Positions 11,960-23,513 of a stretch of DNA of 64,000 bases are shown here, piece after piece. The stretch spans positions 868,001 to 932,000 of the forward strand of contig OY253675.1 of NCBI GenBank assembly GCA_958009085.1. Reading direction: 5' to 3'. Position numbers and translations under genes: made by a program. Under the pieces are notes generated by a model. That model searched no databases, was not told the DNA's origin, and saw only the letters and a list, made by a program, of their open reading frames with translations. Every line of letters starts with the position of its first letter. Position 1 is the first letter of the stretch. The DNA comes from Protoeuglena noctilucae. Taxonomy: Eukaryota.

Positions 11960-14900
11960 TCACGGCTGCCGCGTCCCCGTGCCTGCCGCGCCCTCCTCGC
12001 CCCCCACCCTCCCCTCCAGCATCCCAGCCAAGTGGCCCTCGATGATGGCCTCCAGCTGCCGCTGCAGCTCCCCCTCGTCCTCCACCCCCGTCCCACGCAA
12101 CGCCTCCGCGCGCTCCTCCACCACCCCGCGCAAGGCCTCCAGGTCCACCCCCAGCTGCCCCGCCAGCGCTGCCGCCTGCGCCGTCAGAGCCTCGTCGTCC
12201 GCCGCTCCTAAAGCCCCGCCTGCCTCCACGCCTAAGAGCCGCCCCACCGCCATGCCCGCCCACGCCGTCTGGGGGCTCTGCGACCCCGGCCCCTGACCCT
12301 CCCCCATCACGGGCGGCGTGCTCGCGAACATGGCGTCGAAGGGGTACTCCTCCAGGGCAGCGAAACCGTCGCTGTTCTCCCGGGAAGCGACGCGGCCGCG
12401 GACCGCCGGGAGCGCCTCGGCGTGCGTGCGGGGCGTCGGGGCCTTGAGCCAGGCGCCCGGGGCGGCGTGGCCGACGGGGCCGGAGGGCGGGAGGGCCGAG
12501 GGGGACACGGAGCGGCCCTGCAGGGCGTCCGGGCCCAGGGCGGGGGGCGGGCCGCCGGTGGCCGAGGCGCGGCGAGAGCGGCGGCCGTACTCCACGAAGA
12601 GGGGTACGGCGAGGGCGGGGACGGGCAGGGCCGCGCGGGGGTGAGGGAAGCCCGGGGGCGCGCCGAGGGTGGAGGCGGCGCTAGGCCGGGAGAGCATGGC
12701 GGGGAGCGGCAGGGGCGGGACGCGGGGCGGGGGCGGGGGCGGGGGCGGGACCGGAGGCACGCCGGGGAGGGGCGCGAGGTCACGCCCGCCTGCCCAAGCG
12801 CCGCCGTTCGGCCCCCCTTCCGCCGCCGGCCCGCGGCCCCTGGCCGGGACCACCCATGCCGGCTCCTCCGCGCTGAATGCGCCGACGAGGCTCCGCGGCC
12901 CCCGCGACTGGCGCGCCGGTGCCGGATTGGCGAGCCCCCCGCCCTGGCTGCCCTCGTGGTCACCCTCTCGCTCGCTGCGCATCCAGGGGCTGGCGGTGAG
13001 GTCGAGGGAGCTGGGCCGGGAGTCCCCCAGTGCGGCGTGGAGTCCCTCGTCGTTGGAGCTGCCCGCGTCCGCGTTGTGGGACCGGAGGCGCTGGAGGGCG
13101 TTGAGGGGGGCGCCCGCGGCGCGTGCGGGCGTGCCGTGACGCGAGGCGTCCCGCGACCACGACAGGCTCTGGGCCACGGAGGCGGGGGTGCTGCCGCCGG
13201 ACGCGGGGTGTGCGGCGCCGGGGCTCCGGCGCGGGGGCGGGGGTGGCGGGCGCTCGGGGGTGGTGAGGAGGGGTTCCGACACGGCAGCCATGGCCTCCCT
13301 CACGAGGTGCAGGGGGATGGTGGGGGAGGACTCCGCGAGTCGGCTGCCCCGCCAGGCCTCGAACGCCGACTCCTCGCGGGGGAAGCCCTCGTGGTGAGAC
13401 CCCTGCGACCGCACCCGCGCCGCCCCCCGCCCCGTGTCGCTGGCAGACCGCTCCGACGCCCGGGAAGGCACCACCACCTCCACCACCTGCACGGGCTTCT
13501 TGTCCGGGGTGCGCCTGCCACCCGGCTCCCCCCTCAGGTCGGCCTCACCCCTGTCGGCGGAGCGGTCGGGGCGGGGGGGCGGTGGGGGCGGCATCAAGTG
13601 CACGGACGCGGACTGCCCCGCCCCTGGTAGCGTGGGCGACAGAGACGGGAGAGGCTCCAGGAAGGAGGACCCTGCGCCCGTCGGGCCCCGGCGCCGCGGG
13701 GGGGGCGGGGGCGGGGGCGGCTGGGGCGGGAACACGCCTGGGGTGCCGTCGGTGGGGTGCGCGTGGGGGGAGGCGCGGGAGAGGGAACCCGGGGCGAAGG
13801 GTTGGATGAAGGAGTAGGTGGGGTGCGCGGGGCGGGCGGGCGAGAGGCCCGGGGGGAGGGCGGGGGTGTCGCCTCCCGCCGAGTCCACCACGCTGGGAGT
13901 GCGGGGGGGCGGCGGGGGCTGAGGGGGGATGTGGAGGGAGCGGAGGGACTCGACGCCGCGCAGGGACGCGCGGATGTTGTCGCGGGTGCGGCCGGGGGGG
14001 CGCGGCGGGGGCGGGGGCACGTGCGCGGGGAGGGGGGAGACGGTGGGACTGTGCGAAGGGTGCGGCCCGGCCTCTGCCGCCCCCGGCGCGTCGGCCTCCG
14101 ACTCTCGCTGCGAAGCCCCGGCCCCCGCGATGTCCGCCGTGCTCCTCATGTCGTCGCTGCCCCCGCTGCTCGGGTGCCGGCTGCCGCCCCTCCCCGCCTT
14201 GACCGACCATGCCGAGGGGGCCCTGGCCGGCCCCGTCCCGCTCTCCTGCGGCGCCGGCGACGCGCTCGCTCCCCTTCCCCGCTCCCCCCGCCCCTCCGGC
14301 ACCTCCCCCGCCGGCGCAGGGGCGGTGCGGTGCCACGCATCAGGCCCTAACCCTGGTCCCTCCCCCGCCCCCTCCGTCACGCTGGCCCCGAACAGCGACA
14401 CCGAGCTCGCGCGCTCAAGCCTCTGCTCCGTCAGCGACAGCTCGAATCCCCCCTCGTGCCCCGTGCTGCTCTTGCGCGACTTGTTCCGCCGCCGCCGCCG
14501 CCGCCGCCCCGACCCGGTCCCAGCCCCCGCCTCCGCCCCTGCCCCCGTGGGAGTGCTCCCGGGGCTGGTGTGGAACAGGTCACCCTCGGCGTCCAGGGCC
14601 GATCCCTCCTCGCCCTCAACTGCCATCACAGTCTCCTGAGCCCGCGCCCCATCGCGGGGATCACCACCCCGTCGCTCCCCGCCCACCGCCGCTTTGGGGG
14701 TCTTGTCCGCACCCCCGCCATGCGCCCCGTCTCCAGACACGACGATGACCCGCTCCCCGCCCCCCGCCTTGGCACGATCCCCTTCCCGTGCAGCGACCCC
14801 CTGCTGCGCCAGCCCCACGGCCGCGAGCAGACCTGCTGCCCCAGCTAGCCATGCCACCGCAGCATGCAAGCCCCGGCACGTGCCCGCCGCCTGCTCCGGT

Positions 14901-17900
14901 ATGGTTCCGAGCGTGCACAGCGCCGACACTGTCGCGACCGGCAGGGCCACCGCGGCCAGCAGGGCCCGGAGCCAGCCCCGGCCGCCGGCGCCCGGTGCAG
15001 GCGCGCGGCCCGCGTCCAGGGCGGGCGGCTCAGCGGGCCCCGCCGGCAGCGCCGGGGGCTGCAGCGGCCGAGGGTCGACGCGCAGCCACAGCTGTGCCTG
15101 GTGGTAGCGTCCGGCATCCACGACCAGCGGCACCTCCAGGGCCGGGCCGGGCTCTCCCTGCGTGCCGTCCTCCCCATCGCCTCCGCCCGCGCCCTCGTCC
15201 GCGGCGTGGTATGACACGAAGGCCTCCAGGGCAGCCCCGGGGGCGAGGGTCGCACTCTGCCGCAGGGCGCAGACGCCGGGGTCCAGGGCCAGGCCGCGGA
15301 TGGCGCAGGCGGGGTGGCCCTGGTGGTCGAGGAGGAAGAGCCTCGAGAGCGTGACGGGGTGGGGCGTGGGGTTGGCCACGACGATGGCCCAGAGCCACTG
15401 GGTGACGTGCTCGGCGACAGCGTCCCTGCAAGAAGAGGGAGGGAGGGCGGGTGGGCGTTGGGCGCGCGTAGGGGGACAAGGTTGAGTGTGAGAGCAAACG
15501 GGCACAGGCGGACATCGCTCATGGATGGGGTGCATGCGATGGAAATGCATCGCGTGTGGCACGCTGTGCCTGCGACGTCACTCGACAGTGCTGGAGCCAC
15601 CTCTCACCCCGCGGGCACGCAGTGTCCGGCTGCAGTGACGGCCGCACACCGCCGCACCGATGCCGCCGCCGCCAGCGGGAGTGCCAGTGCGTCTGGAAGA
15701 GACACCTCCACGCCATCCGCCACCTCGGGTGCCGCCCTCTCAGGGCTTTGCCGCGCGCAGAGGGGCAGCCGCAGCCGCGGCGTCGGCCCCAACTCCGCCG
15801 CGCCCTGCGCGGGCGCCGCCAGCTCGAAGCCGGGACCCAGCTCTTTCCGGCAGTTTCTGACGCGTGCCAGGAACAGGTCCGGGCCAGGGATCCCCACGCC
15901 CGACAGCGACAGGGGCTCCGCGATTGACACCGCGCTGCGCACCCACGCCACAGCCTCCTCCTCCACCAGACCCGAGGGGCTGCAAGCAGGGGTCAAATCC
16001 ATCGTGCTGAGGTTGACCTCCGACACACCTGTCAGTATCATGGATGTTGCGTTCGATCTATCGCCCGCGGCTCTCACCGGTAGAGGATGGGCCCGAGTCT
16101 CCCAGCGCCCCCAGGCAGCAACTCGACGTGGCGCACGGCATCCGGGGCGAGGAAGAAAGGGCTCTCCCCGGCCGCGGCCGCGACTGCCCGGCTGTGGGCC
16201 AGCAGACCCGCTGGGGCCTGCGGGGGCCCCGCGGCTGGCGGGGCGGCCACGGCGGGCGGCCCCCGGGGTTCGGGGTGCGTGAGGTAGACGCGGAGGGGCT
16301 CGTCGGTGGGGTTGGAGACGAGGACCCAGCGCTCGGCGGCCGTCCCGACCGGCACGGCGCCCCAGGCCAGAGCGTGGTCGATGGCCGTGGCGGGCGGCGC
16401 CAGGTGGACGGCCACCTCCACTACGGCGCGCAGGTTGTGCTCGAACAGCAGGGCGACGCGCGCCGACCGGTGCTGGTGACCCCGCGACACGAGCTCGGCG
16501 TGCAGGGCTCGCCGCTGCGCCGCCGCCGCCACCTCTTGCGCCGTGGGAATCTGGTCCAGACTCCCGTGATCCTGCGATGGAGCGGCGAGGTGCGAGCTAG
16601 CACGGCGTGAGTGGGAGCCATCCCCTTCGCGGCCATCACAAATACAACGGCGAAGCTACACGGGCCTCGACAACGGCGTCCCCAACGCTCATCGCCGATG
16701 CCTCTCACCCACTCGTCAAAGGCCCACGCGGCGTACGAGGCCGGCGACACCCCACGGGCCGCGTCGATCCAAATCACCCCGAGGGGCTGCCCCCGCGCCC
16801 CCGGCAAGACGGCAGCGTTGCCGTCGGCCACGTCGAGCACGACGGTCAGGGAGTTGGCCTGGGCCCCCCGCAGCGCCACGGCGACAGAGAGGTCGCTGCT
16901 GGCCGTGAGGGCCACGGACGCAGGCACCCCGGGGACCACGTGCACCGCGCCGCTGCCCCGGCTGATCTCCAGTTGCCCCTGGGACACCACCCACGTGAGT
17001 GGGAACGCCCAGTCCTCCGGCGCACCCTCCCCACCGCCCTGCCGTGCGACGGCACGCACGGTGCCGGTCTGCCTCCCCTGCGCCAGTCCCGGGTGCAGCT
17101 CTATGTGGACGAGGGCCGAGGCGAAGGGATCCAGGGAGGCACGGACCCTCAGGTCCCGGACGACCTCGCTCCCAAAGACGGCGCTGTGCTGGCCGCCGTC
17201 GGGGGTGTGGACGTGCACTGAGACGTGCGCCTCGGGCGTGCTGAGCTCGACGCCTGCGAGACGGGGCGAGAGGAGCTGCTCTGACACACGGACAGGCAAC
17301 GGGCAGCCAGCACACGGTGCGGAGTGCGTCGGTGCTGCCTCGCGTGCACTCACGCAGAGAGGGGAGCACGAGGGGTTCCTCGGACGCGTTCGTGAGGAGG
17401 CACCAGTGGTCGATGGGTGCTCCCGGGGCCACCAGCCCCACGTGCGCGCCCCCGTGGGTGCGCCACTCATTGGGCGACACCTCCTCCAAATCACTCGGGC
17501 TCCCCACGCACACGAGCGAGAGCGGGTCGAAGGCGAGGCGGATCGGGATGCGCACGGACGTCACGTCCGTCGCCACCAGCAGCTGGTGCGTGCCCAGCGG
17601 GGCCGGGAGGGTCAGGGCCGCCGACGGGCGCACCAGCACCGTGATCACCGGCAGGGCCTCCCCCCACGGGGTCGCCACCTGCACGGACGCGGGGGTCATG
17701 AAGTGTTGCCGACGAAGCGGAAGAGGGGATGCGGGGGTTCGGGGCTGGCGGAGGGCCATGGCTGCTCCACACACCTGAGAGCTCCCCACGCCCTCGACCG
17801 CGATGGCGTCCGAGCTGGACGTGGCCCCGAGGAGCGTCAGGGGTCCCGGGAAGTTGTTCGTGAGGCGTATGGAGCGCCGCACGCCCCCCTCGGCAGCGAC

Positions 17901-19489
17901 CCTGGCCACGTGGAAGGTGACGGCCTCATCGGGGACCAGGAGGGACCCGTAGGCCACGAGCGCGCGCCACGTGACGCGCACGGGGGGCTGGTCCGGGTCG
18001 TCCGTGCCGATGAGGATCGTCGCGGAGAAGTCCCCGGGGGGCAGGGACGCGTCCGGGGGTGCGCCCAGGACCAGCACGGTCTGGTAGCCGCCGGGAGGGA
18101 CGGTGACGCTGCCAGCGACGTGCTGCGCGACGGCGAGGGGCGGCCCGGCCGCGCCGTCGGCTGAGCGGACGGGCGTGGCGAGGACGGCCGTGATCGTGGC
18201 GGGGCGTGGGTCGGCGTTGAAGAGGCGGACGGGGTGCTGGCCCCAGCTGCGCGGGCTGGTCACCACGCCAACGTCCACCGTGGAGGGGACCGCGTGCAAG
18301 CCGAACGTCTGCAGTGGGGGAGGGCCAGGCGAGGGTCGGATGCACCGCACTAGGGCCAGCATGACCTGCGCACCGCTCCTGCCGGGTGCGGTCCCCGCGA
18401 CCCCGAGACGCCCCGCACGGCTCTCACCACCACCTCGAGGGTCGCTGGCAGGCGAAAGAACCCCTCGCTCGTCTCGAGCACCAGGGAGTCGTAAAGCAAG
18501 CCCGGGATGGGGCTCGCGAACGACAGCTCCAAAACCACGCTCGTCTCGCCGGGGCGGACCAGCCACTCCGAGCCGCCTTCCTCGGCCGGGATGGGCACGG
18601 AGATGGCCAAGAAGTCGGCGTCTGTGCGCGCCTCGAAGATCTGGAGGCTGCGCGTGGTGGGGTTGGCCACCCGCACGGCCGAAAGCACGGGGTGCCCCGG
18701 GAGGGTCTTGCCCCCGTCGAGCGGGGCCAGGTCAAACACGTTGGCGATGCCCTGCCCGCGGATCGGGAGCGCGTGGGGGGCGCCCTCGATGACGAGGGCG
18801 ACGTGCGAGTCCACGAGACCCTCGCGCCCTGGGCTGAACCAAAGGCCCACGACTGTCGACCGGCCCGGCTCCACGACAACAGCATCCGACGTCGGGTAGA
18901 CGACGCGGAAAGCCTGGTCGCTGACGCTCACGTTGGAAATCGTCACCCTGCAGGGCGCCTCACGGGACACGTCGGGGGCACGGCGCTGGGGCGGCGCGAA
19001 GGGCAACGAGCAAAGGAAACGTGGTGTGCAAGAGACACACACGCCGCGCTTCTCAGCCTCGCCTGGCACCCGTGTCGTTCTCCAGCCGCAAGGAAAGGCG
19101 CTGGACGGCCCACATGGGGACGTTGATGGGCGCAAGGACGGGATCCCGGCCACCATCGAACCTCCCGAAGATAACATCGTGGAGAGAGACATTGGCTTGC
19201 AGCGGCGCGGCTGCGCCCGTCCGCACGGCGTCCCTGAAAGGATCAGCCGGCTGCCACCAGTCCACGTCAAGCTGCATCGAAGGGTCACGGGTTTGCCACT
19301 GTCAAATGGATCTATGCTATCCATAGTAGCAGTGCGAATCAGCAGAACCCGGGAGCGCGAGGCGGGATGATGTTGCGCTGCATCTCGGCGCCTCACCCGT
19401 GCGAAGCTCTCGGCAAGGACGTCGCCGGCGTTTCGGAGTGCCAAGAGCACCACAAACGCACTGACGACCGCGAGAAATCCACGCCGCAT
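11960..19489 (-). CDS. TMEM131-like protein: signal peptide, tandem Ig/PapD-like domains, hydrophobic segments and a very long Pro/Ser/Gly-rich tail; about 9 exons
   Basis: Hydrophobic N-terminus MRRGFLAVVSAFVVLLALRNA. VVEPGRSTVVGLWFSPGREGLVDSHVALVIEG...IRGQGIANVFDLAPL...VRVANPTTRSLQIFE matches the TMEM131 N-terminal pattern. Repeated V.NPT motifs. Confidence 0.75.
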
Positions 19490-19905
19490 GTTTTGCCGCA
19501 CAGGTCGCCCAAGACGGGCCCGTCACGCGACCATTCTGCGTGCCCGCGAACTCCGATCCGCTCTACGCTCCGCGACACGTCCAGCGTATCAACGGCTTTT
19601 CACGTATGATATCCACACGCCTGGACCTATCTATGCTGCGCTGGACTGTCCTCAGCGCCAAAGATAGCCACCTGTCGATCCTAGGAGGCCTCACGGCCTA
19701 CTAATGCAGCATTTGCCAGACTAAGGTTGGAAGTTATCGGCGGTTGATGCCGGGGCCGCTCGCTTGGCGCCGACAGGGCACACCACTGGCGCCAGGCACG
19801 CTTCGCGTGACGGCTCTGCAACAGTGGGCGGGCAGCCTCTCCGACATCCAGAGCCGCGCCCGCGGGTCGCCAAGTTCTCCGTCGCTCCAAAACCATCCGC
19901 GGTTT

Positions 19906-22900
19906 TCAAATCCGGTACAGGGGCGCGATGCCCAGGAGCGAGAGGCACGCCCGCATCGTCACGGCGGTTGCCTCGCACAGGAGGATGCGGGACGCCTCGT
20001 TCTCGGACCCAATGACCTGGCACTCGGTGTAGAACTCGTTGAAGCGCACCGAGGTCTCGTACAAGAAGTCGGTGATGCGGTTGGGCATCCAGTCGTCCAT
20101 CATGTCCTCGATGGCCTCGGGGAAACGCGACAGGTGAAGCGCCAGCGTCAGCTCCTTCTCGTGCTCGATCTGCGAGGAGCGACGGGATGCCTGCCGGTTC
20201 CCAACCCTTCTGGGCCATGCGCACAAAGGCCGCGCGACCCGACCGGGGGTCAGCCCCGCCTTCCGTGGCCGCACGGCGCATGAGGCCCCACGCACCTTGA
20301 TGGCGTTGTCGCGGATGTACTGGCGCATGTCCTGGATGCCCGTCTTGCGGATGATGGAGCAGATGCGGGCGTGCGCGTAGAGCAGGTACACGGCCGTGTT
20401 GCCCTTGAGGTCCAGCATCGAGTCGAAGCTGAACTTGTAGTTGGTGAGGCGGGAGTTCTTCAGGTCGGCGTACTTGACCGCCCCGTACCCCATGACCTGG
20501 GCCGCGTGCTCGATCTCCTCCTCGGTGAAGTCATCACCGCGACGCTCGTTGAGCTGAGGAGCAGGGCAGGGGCATCGACGCTAGGAGCCCATCGGAAGCG
20601 CCACGTGTGCAGCCGCCTCCACCCCGGTGCCCTGACCAGCCCGGTGGGTGTTCACACGTGACTGCACCCGCGGTGCTTGTACCCCAAACCCTCACCTGCT
20701 CCTTGCACCGCTGGTAGGCCTCGTCCAGCAGCTCCACGAGTCGCACCAGGTCCCCCGACCGCGTCCGGAAGCGCTTGCCGTCCTCGCCCAGGACGAGCCC
20801 GAACCCCACGTGCTGCACGACCGCGTCCGCGGGGAGGATGCCGGCGCGGCGGGCTGCGGGGGCAGCCGGCCAGGGGCGCATACGATAGCGAGCACCCTCC
20901 ACTTCGTGTGACGTATAGACTACATTGCCGGCCGCTGCGCTGCACGTGCCACCGCCTCCCGTCATTTGGCGGGCCGCGGGTCCACAGCACCGCCGACGCT
21001 CTGGTCTCACACCCACACCCCGGTGCCAGGCCTGTTGCCCTCCTGCTCCTCACCCGAAGCGAAGACGAGCTGGAAGTGCTGGGCCTGACCGACATCCGTG
21101 ACGTAGACGACCCACTTGGACTTCTCCACCTCGATGCGGTGCTTGATGGCCGCCATGTCAGTCGAGGCGTAGCCGAAGCCCCCGTCGGACTTCTGCATGA
21201 TGAGCGGAATGTCGATGCCCTCGCACCAGATTACCTGGGCGCCGTCCGACTCCTGCGGCAACGAAGGGGCCCATTAGTGGATGTCGCACGGACCTCACCA
21301 ACACAAGAGGGCCCCAGAGACTCTCTCTGGCACTGTCGACGAATCCTCACCTCGACGACCCCCTTCTCCTTCAGCTCCTCCAGCATGGGCTTGAGCATGG
21401 GGTTGTAGAAGCTCTCGCCGCGCTCCTGCAGCTTGACGCCCAGCCGGTCGTACACCCGCTGGAACTCACGCCTAGACGCCTCGCAGATGCGCTTCCACGC
21501 CGCAATCTCCGCCTGGCCCCCGCCCTGGAGACTGCGGGCCGGAGGGAAGCGCACGTGCGTGAAGCTCAGTGAGGGTCGCCTGGAGCCGCGCAAGGCAGCA
21601 GGCGTGCATGCAGACAGGGCCCACGTGATCACGTGCCACCGGATCGCCGATGCAGTGGCCACGCACCGGGTGACGGCCTCCCGCGAGCGCGTCTTGAAGT
21701 CCTCGTCCTCATCGAATCGCTGCTTAGCCGCCCGATACAGCGCCATCAGGTCACTGACGTCCTCCTCCCGGCCGCCCTCCTCGCCCAGCCCCTCGGGCCG
21801 CAGCTCGCTCATGTGCTCAATCAGCATGCCGAACTGCGGACGGGGCGCAACATGCACGCCTCACGCATGCTGGGGTCGTGTCTGTTAGCGGCAGAGCGTG
21901 GGTCCCAGGTGCCCACACCCACCTGGGTGCCCCAGTCGCCGACGTGGTTCAGGCGGACGACGTCGTGCCCGATGAACTCGAGGACGCGGCAGATGGTGTC
22001 CCCGATAATGGTGGAGCGGAGGTGGCCGACGTGCATCTCTTTGGCCACGTTGGGGGAGCTGAAATCGACGACGACCTTCTGCGGGGCCTGCTGCGGCGCC
22101 CACGTCTGGATGCCGTCCACGAGCATCTGGTGGACGCGGTGGGCCAGCCAGGGGCGCGAGAGTTTGAGGTTGACGAAGCCAGGCCCCGCGATGGACACGG
22201 ACTCAATCATGCCACCCGTGGCAATGCCCGCCACAATCATCTCGGCCACGGCGCGGGGATTCTGCGGACGAGCCGAGGACGGGTTTGCTTGGGTCAGGCA
22301 CGGTGTCTGCCGACGTGGTCCCGTCGCGTGGATTTGAGCCGCGTGCCAGACCGTAGCTCACGTGCCGAGGCATGCACGTCACGCACATGCCGCGCGTGGC
22401 AGGGTATAGGACAGTAGATACGCATGGGACCTTGTCACGGCTCCCGCACCTTCGGGGCTCCCTCCTGGCCCTTGAGCTTCCCGAATAGGGACATGGCGTT
22501 GTTGCATTGGTAATCGCCAAACTTGGGCTGCGCCGTCGCGGCCACCAGCGGCTCCTCCTTGAGGCCCGGGAAGGCCTTCCCAAGCGACTCGGACACCAGG
22601 CCCGCCACCTCAGAGCGCAGCGTGCAGACCCTCTGCGGACGAACGGCAAGGGCCCGATAGTAGGTACATGTGTTGTCGTAATACAGACGTTCCTGGAATC
22701 GTACCACGAGCGCTCACCTGGGCGAGGGGCACCGGGTTGTGGCTGTCCATGGGTGCGGTGTGCTTCAGCGCGTCTGCCGGGTGGCGGGCGGCGTCGATTG
22801 CAGCGCCGGGAAGCAGGTGATCGATGATGCGGGCCGCGGAGCAGCAGACGCCTGCAACTCCTGCCACTGTGCCGGCAAACACGGTGAAATGGTTCAGCCG

Positions 22901-23280
22901 AAGCCCGCCGATCGATCGATGCTTCCGCGGCACGTGGCATGCATGCATAGTCGGGGCCAGACCCCCGCGGCGCCGAAACACTCGCCTGGGGGCCTAGGGC
23001 TGGATCGGATAAAGGACACGTGGCAAGCCGGGGGCCTCTGCCAGATCGCTGCGGGGGGAAGAGGCCCAAAGCCACCTCTTCATCGTTGCGACCTTCGGGC
23101 GGCGCAAGAGGCGCGGCAGCATTTGGGACAGACGCGCGGCGCGTACCTGTTCTCCCACCAGCCGCCTTGGCCAACATGTGGTGGAGGGGAGCTCGCGAAG
23201 CCTGCAGCCCACAACTGCCGCGACGAACGGGACTCCAGACGCGTCAGCAGGGGCCATGTGGAGGCCGCCGCGCCTCTCAT
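19906..23280 (-). CDS. ArgRS: Arginyl-tRNA synthetase (class I) with N-terminal extension; start codon uncertain
   Basis: [82 protein letters not shown]; ends [10 protein letters not shown]. Confidence 0.97.
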
Positions 23281-23513
23281 GCCGGCTGGCCGCGCCCGGG
23301 TGCTGCCCTTACCCTCCCCCGAACGAGCGGCAGGGAGATGCCCAGCACGAATACCTGTCCCCGCGGACACGTAACATCCGCTGTTTGTTAAGGGCATCAA
23401 GCTTGCTGCTGGCGCGTGAGAATCCGGCCAGTGTTTCAGTGGCGACCCCTGCCAGCCCCTTTGGATTCGGCTGTCGCTCACCGCCGCCTCCGTGACCTCC
23501 TCCTCTTGGCATC

